Shown here: positions 51,801 through 64,000 of the stretch, one piece after another
How positions within the stretch are numbered: the first letter of the stretch is position 1
Layout of the letters: the number at the start of each line of letters is the position of its first letter
NCBI GenBank assembly: GCA_040954595.2
Contig: CM082595.2
Location: 3,395,943-3,459,942 of the forward strand
Source of the DNA: Balanoglossus misakiensis
Lineage: Eukaryota > Animalia > Hemichordata
Reading direction: 5' to 3'
Length of the DNA stretch: 64,000 bases
Notes under the pieces: generated by a model
Databases searched by the model: none
Seen by the model: only the letters and a program-made list of their open reading frames with translations
Told to the model about the DNA's origin: nothing
Made by a program: the position numbers and the translations under genes

Positions 51801-52673
51801 AAACTTACATACAATCTTAAGAGCAGATGCAAATTGGTCTAAGTTTCCAAATAGGTCTGTTTAACCCAAGACCCAAGGGTTAGCAAATTTAGTACCCCAT
51901 TGTGAACCTGACTAGCATATAAACACATAGACACTAGCACAGGCCACAGACTTGTAAACCGTAGCATCGGCTGCATAAAGATTAACACAAGCTACAAAAT
52001 ACCAGGATGTAAAGGTCACACTGGGGTCATGACAGAGGCCCCTTGAGGCACTTGACATTGACCCAAATCTACAGAAGGTTAAAGTTGCTGAACCTAAAAA
52101 TCATTTGACCTTCAATGCAGTACCTTTTCATCTTATACCAAACTTACATGTACATATGAAAGGGTTGACCTTGGGTATAAAAAAAACCTGCTATATGTAG
52201 GAATGTACACGAAACATGTACCAGCCATAAAACTTGCAATGCACACCAGCTGGTGCATTTCTGTAGGATTTAGCCATGTGTTCTAACTACAAACTGCTCT
52301 AAAACACAATCACACACAATCATATAAATAGCCATGTGTTATACAAACTGCTCTAAAACACAAAGAATTCGGACATGCACAAAATCGTATAAAAAGTCAA
52401 ATTTGTCCTACGTATACTTTACCCAACCGAGTGCAGTACAACACAGTATTTGTCCATGTTACATAGAGGACCATGGTACAAATGTGTTACTCTACCTGCT
52501 TTGCCCAGGTGGGTAAAGTACATGTACAGTACAAACTTGACTCCTCATACATATGGAGGACATTTCTCCAAATACGAGTACTCACCAACTTTATTGTCTT
52601 CCACACTAGAAGGCTTGAACTCACAGGAGAGGGGCAACTTCATGTCCTGGGGGATGGACTCTGCTTCATCCAT
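39816..52673 (-). CDS. PRDM2: PR/SET domain zinc finger protein 2 (RIZ1) orthologue, ~3029 aa
   Basis: Exons (minus) 52586-52673, 49423-49526, 48932-49087, 47956-48733, 39816-47779; phases 1,0,0,1. PR domain (GVWSK..I..G..FGPY.G, IDASDPKKSNWMRYI, QNM, EELLCWY), acidic region, C2H2 fingers, and PRDM2-characteristic segments YLDGKIQ, WPYKCEFC..LFKD, QNFTDP.K, CTKCG...HIFICA and CPHC.RQFTY. The start codon could lie in an upstream exon. Confidence 0.9.
48798..48882. mobile_element. 85-bp piggyBac-like MITE, copy 2 (PRDM2 intron)
   Basis: TCAA|CCCTTTCACC...GATGAAAGGG|TTAG; homologous to 5669-5753. Confidence 0.7.
49205..49382. mobile_element. Tc1/mariner-pogo-type MITE (PRDM2 intron)
   Basis: TA|TAGTGAAACC...GGTCTTACTG|TA; a reverse-complement fragment of its interior lies at ~52722-52835. 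Confidence 0.7.
50544..50629. mobile_element. 86-bp piggyBac-like MITE, copy 3 (more diverged)
   Basis: TTAA|CCCTCTTACCCCCATGGTTCAGTCCAAACCCATTG...; homologous to copies 1 and 2. Confidence 0.65.
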
Positions 52674-52721
52674 GATGACCAAACTGCAGGTTCACATAGG
52701 AGACAAAAATGACAGGTTAAA

Positions 52722-52835
52722 GGGACTGTTTGGTTTGTAGAGGTGTCCGGTTTATAGAGGTTCTTTTAACATGTGCTTTTATGTCAAAGGGATGGGAAAA
52801 GGTGTTCGGTATAGACACATTTCCAGATAAGACAA
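52722..52835 (-). mobile_element. Fragment of the 49205-49382 MITE family
   Basis: AGAGGTGTCCGGTTTATAGAGGTTCTTTTAACATGTG is the reverse complement of 49290-49326. Confidence 0.65.
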
Positions 52836-55800
52836 CCTGTGGACATACACTTATAGTAAACTTTTCATCATTCGGGTACTAATGATACAAGGGTGTTGGG
52901 AAGACACCGGTTGGTCATCCGGAAGTTCACTACATGTACCTCTGCGACCGAGTTACATGCAAGTTTCCAGTCTTTGACCTCTCTGACCTGCAGTCAACCC
53001 ACCCCTGTCTTCTGTATTTACAGACGCTATCTGAGATAGAGCTGTACAGATTAAGCACTCTGTAGCAAAGCAGATTTCAACACTGTGGAAGTCAACAACG
53101 CGCCATCCACTGTGCAGTCAAACTGTCAACGCTCCCAAGACATGGAGTGCTACACTATACTACATGTACACTGTGGCAAAAACACAGACAGCATCTGTGT
53201 TACAAGTTACTGACACTGTCCACACAGTACACACGTACCTCTGTTACTTACACGAGCAAAGTCTGATTCTATCAGGAGTGACGAAATCTTGCCATTCAGT
53301 TTCAGACCGTGGGCATTCACACAAGCGGTTATCTGCAAGAGACGAACACAGAGATAATGTCAAAATCTTTGTGAGTGATGGCTGATCTGACATCCCCTCT
53401 TCAAACGATACACTACAGGGTCAGGGTGAACAACCTACAGTACCTGCAGACAAATGCTCCCCACATGACTTTAACCCTGTGCATATTAAAATAAAAACAT
53501 CAATTTTCTTGTTACATTGTACGCTACGATTTGAACTGGAGAGAAAATTTTCTGTGTCACTATCAATCACAACTGTGCTCAATCAAGGCAGAACTGTCCA
53601 ACCTGTACAACTGACCTCATCAAAGAGGCAAAGAAGACTTATGCATACTATGTAGCATTGATAAAATGCATGCACATATACTTGTACTTAGTATATTAAC
53701 AACAACATATATCGCCATGGTACACACTGGCTATAGACATGTATGGTATCCAGCCTACAGTAATCAGGATATGTATCTTGTGTATCTGTCAACAAGTCAT
53801 GCAGCAGACAATTATCAACAACCCAGATGATTCCTGTAAAGTGTAAGACACGCCACACGGCCACACTGTTAATGCTTTGGCCCACAGCTAACTCATACAG
53901 AGAAACCATTGTGTTGGCATGGGTTCACAGACACTCCATCGGAGCATCCAAGATACCATTTCATTTATCAGACAGCTCTCTCATAACTTTGCAGTGTCAC
54001 CATTTGAGAAGAGCTACAAGAAACTAACATGTAACGTACGAATTCAACCCACACGCCTGACCGACTTTCAATCTCTGTGTGACCAACAACCAGACAAACT
54101 GAAGTACATTGTGTGTACATGTATACAAACACAAAAAACTGTCATAAATCACTTAAACCCTTTGTCTTTCAATTGTCAGGTTAAGCCAAAGTGTACAAAT
54201 AAATTAATGGCGTCTTGACATAAACACAGTTTAGAAAGTACAACTTACACAAATCTGTACTAGTACATACATGTACAAAGGGTTACATGTACATATATTT
54301 GCCAAGGATTCCTCACCAGGGAAATCAAGAAGAATCACTCACACTGCCCTTTACTGACCACAAAAGTCTTTCCATATAATCCCTTCACACCTAAAACATC
54401 CCTGAGACGTGGTTTCATATTCTGTCAACACCAAGCACTGTCATCATGGGACAGGTATCTGGTATATCATTGATGATATTGATCTGAGAATTTCAATTCA
54501 AGTTAATGATGACAGAGGCAATGAACCAGCAGAGAGCAACAGTATACAGTAATGTGTGCACATGCGTCTGATATCACGTAGCCATCTGTCTAAAAGCTGC
54601 AATTCATCACAGGACTCTGGGAACATAAAAATGGAGCAAAGTACCTACAGAGACTTAACACACCCTCCTATATTTCTTTACTGAGTGCCGTAAATTATCT
54701 TAAACTGCCAAACCAGCGACTGCTGGCCCCAGTCCCATCAGCGCTGCGGATGCAAGTACCTGCCCGACTACATGAATTGGTGTCAATTTAACTTCTCAAT
54801 GTTTTCTGTCACAAAAGGCAGCCCAATTGGCACACCCTACCAAAGTGCAAATACTAAAAGGAAAACCAGGACACGAGAATGTAAACAAACAAAATCAATG
54901 ATCATTTATTGGAATCAGGGTGGGGCACAGATAATGAACCTGTTCATCCAACTGAGCCAAGCTGCACTTTGTTACTACTGATATGTGTGATCATGATGAC
55001 AATCAAATCTGCATATGTGTCTTTGTTAAAAAAACCTAAGTAGATTTTCATCATTCTAAGCCTTTCAATGGATTCCAAACCACCGACATTCTGTTTCAAT
55101 TATATTATACAGAGGAATACAAATCCAGTGAAAGCCACCTCAAGAAACCCTACAAAGTGAAAATAAACTGAGAAATAAATAATTTTTAGAAACCAATTCA
55201 ATAAAATCTACTATATGAAGCCACATCCATTTTGTCCACATTTTCAAGCCTCCATTACCATATATGGAAACATGCAAATTAACAGTAATGGCTTCCATGC
55301 AAGCTGTTGCCAGCCTGTTGCTATTAATCATGTACATCCCACAGCTTGTCAACAAACACTTGCCAAATGTGATGCCCCGCGTTTTACAAATCCTAGCAAC
55401 TGAATAATCCTTTTTCTTTTAAAATGACATGAAAAAAAATTATAAACCGTTTTTTGCAATGTTTAGAGGTTTCATTACGTTTAGGGCCAGGTGGCTTGTG
55501 GTTAGCAACCGGCCAGATGTGTTACTAAATATACAGACAAATATATCCTATGTACAAAGAAACATATTCTACTTGTAAAGTTACATGTTTAAATTTAACA
55601 TGAAATGCACTATTTTTAGACGACTTATGACAAAGCCCTTATGTGCATTTAAATACTGGTATTTAATTGTTTTTTAAAAACCTGTGATGAATTTATAGGA
55701 CTGTTCCTTTTTAAGGTAAAAGACAGACAGGATAATTTTGTTGACAAATACACTGTGTTTGCAACTACAGGTATAGATTTTTATTTACAGTAAACAGTAC

Positions 55801-56399
55801 AGGAAACTTAATTGTAGCGGCTCCCATAAACAGCCTTGGTCATTGACATGCCAATGGATATAGCTGCCCACTTTGTTGGAACTTGACACTTGCATTTAAC
55901 AGACTGCTACATTACATAACACTTTACCAGGGAGCTTATTTGTTATGGAATACAATGAGGTTTATGTACCAATTGTAATTAAAGACAATGTGTTGTTTGC
56001 TACGCCTATTTGCTTAAAAGGTTAAGATTCCTTCAGAAAAAATATACAAATCAAGACCATGACATTTCAATGTACTGATACTGATACGCTCACACTCATT
56101 TTTGACATATATACATGTAGTACGTCGAGCCATTCATTTTGACATTTCTGTGCTTCCAAAGTAAATCTGACCTTTGCTCCCAGCACAATATTTCTTATGT
56201 TATATTTACATTCTGAAGTTACGAGAAGAAATGAGACAACAGATGTCTCTTTCAGACAGAATTTCTAAGCAATGTACGTATCACACTTCACAGCGAAGAC
56301 GTTTAAAATTTCAACAAAAAATGTATATTTGTACTATTATTATCTGTTACAAAAAGGTATTAATATCATGCGGGGAGGAAAAAAATAGGTTTTATATAA

Positions 56400-58200
56400 T
56401 ATACAATACAGCCTTGATCGCACACAAAAAAACTCGTTCCAAACACTAGAGCGCGCACGTACTATCCTCGTACACAGCACGGCTGACGCCCGGCACAGTT
56501 GCCCTTTGAAAACGACCGAGCGATTTGCCCACATGGTCTGTCTCGCGACAACAATACATTTTGTAAATGAACCTACACTTAATCCCGTACACGCTGAGCG
56601 GTGCAAATCGATTGAGAACAGACGTCCCGCGAAATATGACCTCTAATTCGATATAAACCACTCACTGGGTTCAACCCCCAAGGTCAATGGACGGGGCCCT
56701 TTTTGTCAACTTGTAAACATTCACGTACACTGCCCTTCACAAGCAAATTTGGAAAACGACCTAGCCCCATCGCCCCCGCACCATCAAAAGGAAAAGTAAT
56801 TGTCCCCGTTTTGAAACTGACTTTTCTTTGTGTACGATGTCCATTACACGCGAAACGACGCGCACGCTATTTTATCTAGACTACCATTATCTTAAAATCC
56901 CGCTACAGATAATATCCCGCTACACTTCATCATCGTCAAAACGGCCGCACGGTGAACATGTTAATCAATAATTGTCCGCGGCGGCATTGCTGCTACAAAT
57001 GTGTTCTTTGCACTGTCAATATATATATATACGTACGTGCACTTTGCCCACACATGATGTTTCAGCGGATCGCGTTTTATCACCCGTTTTCCGCCTAAAA
57101 TACGCACTAAATATTTATTCCAGATAAAAAAAATACGCTAACACACATCAGACTACTACCCGAGTGGACAAAAACCTCGCCGCTGTTGTCACAGCGCAAT
57201 TTTTATTGTCTGCGAAAAATATGTGCGTCAACTGTGTCACTGCATAAACATGATCAACGCGCACTCTGTTGACATGCAAATTAGATCGCCCCGGTTTCCT
57301 GCCTTAACGATGTCAAAAAGAGTCTAAAATCTTTGCCGTGTCGCCCCTTGACAACCGGTAAAACAACTTTGAGCGATGGAAAAGTGTTGCTCCGTTATAC
57401 TACAGCTGCGCAAATCAAAATTACCCGGAATTAATGTTTTACCATCACGATTGACGGCCGCGGCACTGAACACTTCGATATAGCGTGTGATTTATCTTTT
57501 TAGAATTTGAGCCGACCCACATAACATTTCTCTTAAGCGTTCTTAAAATGGTGTTTTCGCACACAATATCCGATTGTAGACACAATAACACAACACCGTG
57601 GATTATTCGGCATCACCACAAAGAAAACTACATAGTGGCTTCTGGATACAGTGACAATTAAGCGAGAAACTTTGCGACCGAAAGTTTGCATTCACTTCAC
57701 ATTGTTTGGTTGACGGCATTTTTTAACACCGCGAGGTGGCACAGAAGGCCACGCACAACGAAAGGCTCAGCGCCGAATAACTTCGGATCAGTGGATCGTT
57801 CGGGGTACAGACGTCAAAATTCGGCTAAGGTCAAAGGTACCGGAAGTAACACGATAAACAATGAAGTGTCATAATCACCTCTAAGGCCCGAATTCTCGAC
57901 AAATTTCGCTCAGAATGACGGTTCTTCGGAGACCAATGGATCCAAGATGGCGTCAATTATTGGGTAGTGCCGCGCGATGCATGCTGGGCCAATTAGAAGA
58001 AAAGGGAATCATCAAATTTTGTAAAGATTCTACAGTACGTGCGGGTAAAAAATCTTTTAGGTTTTATTCTCAGAATCGTCGCGTTCCTTGTCATAATAAA
58101 TAGTAAAAAACCAAACATGACACAAAAGAATTTCATTCCCGTTTTCCAGAAACGATCGGTACGGGCCGTTCCCTGACATTGATACATTGTACACTGTCCG
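56400..58200 (-). promoter_or_regulatory. CpG-rich region, probable PRDM2 promoter and first non-coding exon
   Basis: CpG density visibly rises relative to the flanking intron; CCGGAAGT (57840), CAAGATGGCG (57943), ZNF143-like CCCAGCATGCATCGCG on the minus strand (57973-57988), candidate donor GAG|GTGATT near 57878. Confidence 0.5.
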
Positions 58201-60804
58201 AGAAAATTATTTCGGTACAATCACTGATCATATATCTGTAAAGCTCAGGTTCCTGTATATGTTACAAATTTAGTCTGAAATCAGACTGATAGGGGTTTGT
58301 ACAGCTCGGCATATCTCGTTATCAGGATTGACAATTTGCATTTTGACGACACAGCGTGGTACTTAACGAGGCTTTTTGTACACAATATATCTTTCCAAAT
58401 ATGGGCAACGCTGAAACAATATATGGCGTGTCATGCACGTAAATATAACGAGGGCAGATTCCAGCCCATAATACTAATAACGGTGACGTGGGTACAGACG
58501 TGGCGAAGTTGTAGATTAGGTTGTCCAATAACATAACGATTTAAATGCAAAATGGGGGAAAGAATCAAACATATTTATCAGGGACGTTTGCAGTTTGAAC
58601 ATAAGATGGAATGGTCGTGTTTGTAAATCATAAACGACCAGAGAACCACATAATCTTAATTTTCATGAAGATTGTTTTATTTCTCCCGCTGTTCAAGCTC
58701 TGAAAACATATATATTCCTGTACAAAATAACTCTTTTTTAAGATACCCAAAAAAAACGAGAAAGCATGTTTGTCGACATCCATAAATTAGCTTCGTCAAA
58801 GTAAGGTACAAGATTTAACGACGGTATTACAGCTAGTGATCTGACATTATATTTCAAAGGCTAATATGAGAGATAGAGTGACATTTGTGTCGAGAAAATA
58901 GTCGTTTATACATTGGAGCATTTTGTTGTTTTAACAGTGATAACAAACCAACCTTTGTACTTCGCCTTAGCAACGACAACAGTCCATGCAATAATTCATC
59001 CATTTCTTGAGTTTTCAGTTTTAAGTGAGGTCAAAGCAATGATAAATCATTATGATCCATTATGTATTCTTTGTCAGGATTACAAAAATTCTAATTTAGT
59101 CAAACTAATCAATGAAGTTCCGTATTTGACGAAGTTTTACGTTCCTGGGGAAATAATATGCAAAATTGTTCTGTTCATGAGTTGGGAAAGTGACAAAAAT
59201 CATGTCTGTGCGAACCAACCGCATGTCATAAAATTAAAATAGATAATTGCGTATCAGACAGCAAGCAGTTAAATATTTCAAATTTGCATATTTATAAAGA
59301 AATGGAATGGAGGGTCGCCATATTGTGTTAAATTTACGACGACCGATTTACTCTTTTGTGCAATTAACGGCTCAGTGTGTTGACATTGTTGATGGTACGT
59401 GGAAGCATAGGTTTTCTCGTCAGCTAATTCAATATTCCAGTTTTTGTTGTGGACAGAATACGAGCTTACGTGTGGTCATTTCATAGGCCGCTACTTGCAC
59501 GTCCAGCGAAAGGACTGTTTGTTCATCCTTAGCGATTGTCTGTCTTTGCGCGGACCGAGGTCACGATACGCCCCAGCCCCCACCTATGTATCGAATGCAA
59601 ACACCAGCAGAATAGACGCACACCGAGCCTTTTATTCCTTTGTGTCGTGTATGCCATAAAAAGATTCGATTGTCGGCCTGTTCAACAAGAAGCGTCAGTG
59701 CCCCGAAAACGTTCACTGAAAAAAAAAATGACAGACATTGTTGACCCTTGGCGATTCACAATACGCCGAGCATACTAGGAGAATCAACACTACAAACACG
59801 CCCTTGTTATATCATCCAATACATTGTTGATTAATTCATTTGGATTTAGTCCAAATGTCACGACACATTCTTGTGGCATATTTATAGGTCTCTCCTCCAA
59901 CACACCTGTCAACACCTACAACGACACCGCCGGTGACCATCACCATGGTAACGACCAAGTTAGATTAAACAAGACCGCTCCACAAAATTGTTTGCTATGC
60001 AAGGGCATTTATGTACTGACTATAAATATCGGCAGACAGCATGTTTACTTAGCATATGCATGTCAATCAATCGTTTGTCGTATTTGGAAAGATACATACA
60101 TTTGAATGCGTATCTGTTCAGTAGAAAATGGCCGATGTGTGACGCGACGCTACACTTAAGGTAAACGACGATATCGAGATACTAAATATAGCAGTGTGGT
60201 CATAACTCCATGGTCCAGCGTTTTACGGGATTAATAAACAACATAGCTCGAGTGCTTAGTGCGTGACAACGCGTTTTCCTTCCGGTTCAATAATCACACA
60301 AAAGGTATTCGTTAACGCTGCCCAGGCTTCTCAAGATAATTGACAGTTATGTCAGAGAACGAAAGTGCAAGATTCCACAGTTCTTAGTGTTCGATAAATG
60401 GTCAATGACAAGGCTATCATGATGTTGGTACAATAAACATTGCGTTTCTCAAAATGCCCATAACGAAACATGAGCTATGAGATTGACCCTTGCATATCCT
60501 GTTGACCCAGGTTCAGTTGGTCTTCACGTACAGCGACATCAAGCTGATGTTGGTGAACATAAAGTAATGTCCGTCGTCGTTCTATGTATTCCGGAGAGGT
60601 TTGCGACATGAAACGGAAAGATTATTTATCTTAGAACGTGGCAGTCTGATTGACTGTAAACTTCTCAGAAGAAACATTTCACAAACGAGTTCGCCTAAGT
60701 TTTTAATTTTCCTTCACCATTTAGTTTAGTGATAGTATAAAGGTATCAATTTTAAATATCATTACATTTGATATCCGACCGTCATTGCTATGCGCAATAA
60801 TAAC

Positions 60805-60872
60805 ATACATAGACAGATAGATACATAATAGATACATAGATACATACATAGATACACACATATACATACATA
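60805..60872. repeat. (TACA/TAGA)n microsatellite
   Basis: Visible tetranucleotide run. Confidence 0.75.
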
Positions 60873-63737
60873 ATTGTCTTCGTTAACAGAAGTGTGGTGT
60901 TTATAACCTTAATGTGTTAACACGATTTACCAGTATTTAGCTGGAAGCTATGGTCGGAAGTGTGTTTCGGACTTAGTTACAACCCTTGTAGAATCGCATA
61001 TTTTAAAAGGTATTAGACAATTGGCATTAAGTATATATAATAGACATGTTGATAGATTTTATTGTATTATAAGGTATTGTGTGATTCGCAAAATTACGTA
61101 CTTGTTAACTATTAGATCAGTTTCGCTGTAAAGTTCTTGCTTTGGGTAGCAGGTAAGAATTTGACTTATTTTCAAACACGACAATCCGTAGATTAACATT
61201 CAATATGGAAGAAAGCAGCAGGTTAACGAATTTGCTGCATTGACCACATTAAAACATGCCCACCCCCTCAACTATTTATATCACTTGATTCATACAGAGA
61301 AGCCAACCCTTATGAAGTGAATATTGAAATGAATTTTGTACAGGGATATTATTAACCTCGATGCGCATTTGCATTCTGAAACAGTATGTTTGATTTGTCA
61401 GACGGACCATGCGTCTACGCCCATAAATGAATAAATGTAATTTGGATTTTCCCCGAATTACAACCGCGCGACATCTAATCGCTATTAATAGCATTGGAAT
61501 AAATATACCTGGACATGCCTTGTATATTGTTGTACATTTATGGAATTTTGTCACGAAATGTAGTAACAAAAACGCCGTATGCGTGATGTTCAGGAGGGTG
61601 GTTTCAATGTTGGGACAACGTTGCATCTTTACGTTAATACCCCAAAGCAATACACGTATTTAGTTTATACACTCCAAGTATCTAAGCCAATCACACCGAT
61701 ATGTTATATCGAGAAATACAAAATAATTACAATATTATGGCCAGGCATTATTTCATATAAAGGAAGTGTACATTTTTACACGATTAACGATGAGTAATAT
61801 GAACAGCTTTTAAGACTACCTGTACCGTACCTATGTATTTGTATATAAGGGCCACTGCTCATTTATTCATGTTTTTTTTTTAATTTTAGAGATCGGTCAT
61901 CCAAGTTATACAAACCCAACTGCTGTTATCACCCGTTAAGCAGCAATCTGAATATACCACATTATGTACGTCGCATGGATTCAACAAATGTTGCGATTGT
62001 TCCGTGTCGATTGAGCATTAAGGATGCCGCATGTAATTAATATCTAACCGAGGGCAGGCAACTCCGTGTTGGTTGTCGTCTGCAGCTGTCTGGTGTCATT
62101 TATGACCCAGGTACAACTCCATCTCGCTATAACAGAGATAGACAACACTTCAAGTGATCCTTGCATTGTTTGAGAGATTCGCATTCTTGAAACCAAATCT
62201 TACCATTAATTCGTGGAGATACATTATCACATTTATATGAGGACATTGAATGGAGCTATAAAGATATGTGAGAGAAAAAAGGATGCCGTTTCGTACAATA
62301 TATAACAACGGGAATATTGTAGGGTGACACTGTATGTCGAATGCAACAACAACAACAACAACAACCGCGACAACAACATAATATAGGTCTACTCTATCGG
62401 TGTATTTTATTTGCATATTATGCGAATCGTGAGATAATATTCAGACAGTATGAGACCTATACAGCACGTCCCAAGGCCACGAAACACGTGACCAGATAAC
62501 TTCATCTGTTGACCTTTGCAAGATAAAGCATTTCTAACATACCGTATATGTTAAGAAATATTGATCCCATACCAATGTGGGATGAAAATCAAATGCATCT
62601 CGCTGTGGTAAGCGAAAAGACACGCGTGATGTTGTATTTATGTGATCTGGTAATTGTGGTCTATCAAGTTGATTCCTGTAGATTTCAGTTTTGGATGAAA
62701 TGGAGTGAATCATTTTGCAAATGTTCAATCTGGTTAATCGTTAACTTTCGTTCCGCTGGTGGATGGAGTGAAGTAGCACAGATTGAGTGTCCATGACGAT
62801 AAGGTTTTTACCTTCTGAAGGCAGAGGAGTTCATAGTTATGCGCAGAGACACTCGATTAATGCAGCGCACGAATCTTCCGGTTGCCCCGGGATACAGTCC
62901 TGCCACTGACTGTAAAGAGACCCTTCTCTGTGCAGAGTGCAGGTGCAGAGAGTCGTGTGTTTTAAAACTAAACACTCTATTCTGTGTAAATATGTAAAAA
63001 TAAAGATTTATGTTCTAAAACGCATTGCTTTACATGAGTTACACAATTATATAGTATGTACAAAGCGTAATGTGTCGAAATTGAAAATGTGTGATTTCGG
63101 GTTGTCAAGGGTGCAATATGCACTAAATAATCGTTCTAAAGGTAGACATCTTATAGTCCTCCGTGAGACGTTAACTTAGACCATATATAGTAAGGATATG
63201 TTTGCGTGCAGAACACCCAATTATCATACGTGTATCATACGTGAACGGGATCCCTGCTCATACGTTGGTTAAGCTCTGAAATTAAGTGATATACATGCTT
63301 TTTAGTTGTAATATATTAAAATTGCAATAAACGGTTAATTTCATTGGCTTCAATATAAGCACAGTAATAATAGTTACAATATTTGCACCGAACCATCTAC
63401 GTGAATCGACAACACATAACTTTATTTGGGAATAGCATATATGATTTAACTGAAATGGCGTAACACAAGTATGCTATAGGTGCCGACAATAAATCGACAT
63501 CGAGACATTGCTGTGATATTTGTTCAGACATAAATCAACATGGAAATACGTGAGGAATATTAGCAATCCACATGTCAGCATTTGCATTAGTCTTCCACGA
63601 CCCTTTCATTTTATGCACGATTTGCTCTGGGCAATATCAAAAGCTGTATTGTTTGTGTACTACATGAACAGATGGCACTGCAGTACGCTATCGTAAAATG
63701 TAGTGACAAAGGTGTTAGAAAGTATGTCATACTAAAT

Positions 63738-63970
63738 TATGTATGTATGTATGTATGTATGTATGTATGTATGTATGTATGTATGTATGTATGTATGTAT
63801 GTATGTATGTATGTATGTATGTATGTATGTATGTATGTATGTATGTATGTATGTATGTATGTATGTATGTATGTATGTATGTATGTATGTATGTATGTAT
63901 GTATGTATCTATGTATCTATGTATCTATGTATGTATCTATGTATCTATGTATGTATCTATGTATCTATGC
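63738..63970. repeat. (TATG)n microsatellite grading into TATC variants
   Basis: Long pure TATG run; explains the spurious MYVC ORFs. Confidence 0.97.
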
Positions 63971-64000
63971 ATGTGAGGTTCCAGTAATTTACGCAAATAA

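Noticed and set aside
61276-62728. Minus-strand ORFs 61276-61650 and 62534-62728 (the latter ending at a donor-like ACG|GTATGT)
   Set aside because: No recognisable homology and no consistent exon chain; cannot be supported.
63739-63987. MYVC-repeat ORFs
   Set aside because: Translation of the (TATG)n microsatellite.

Overview
Eukaryotic (invertebrate animal) genomic DNA with GT-AG spliced genes; the species cannot be fixed from the sequence alone. Six gene models were built by hand with phase-consistent splice sites: a zf-3CxxC/RTP-like gene (-, 1683-9642), mitochondrial carrier SLC25A35/34-like (+, 10746-12277), a DIPK1/FAM69-like kinase (-, 14641-16685), SF3B4 (+, 16996-20720), TMEM26 (-, 31866-34114) and a ~3029-aa PRDM2/RIZ1 orthologue (-, 39816-52673). 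A probable type II membrane protein gene starts at the left edge. The 22-29 kb interval holds an 87-bp palindromic satellite with a 1559-bp higher-order duplication, a 42-49-bp satellite, two long hairpins and splice/promoter signals suggestive of a lncRNA. The most striking signal is a set of TAG...CTA foldback mini-transposons with 9-bp target-site duplications (TSDs). In SF3B4 intron 1 two unrelated elements are stacked as TSD-A-TSD-B-TSD, and at 37.1 kb two termini abut across exactly 9 bp, suggesting repeated insertion at an already used target. All calls are by eye and from recalled family knowledge; no database searches were run.
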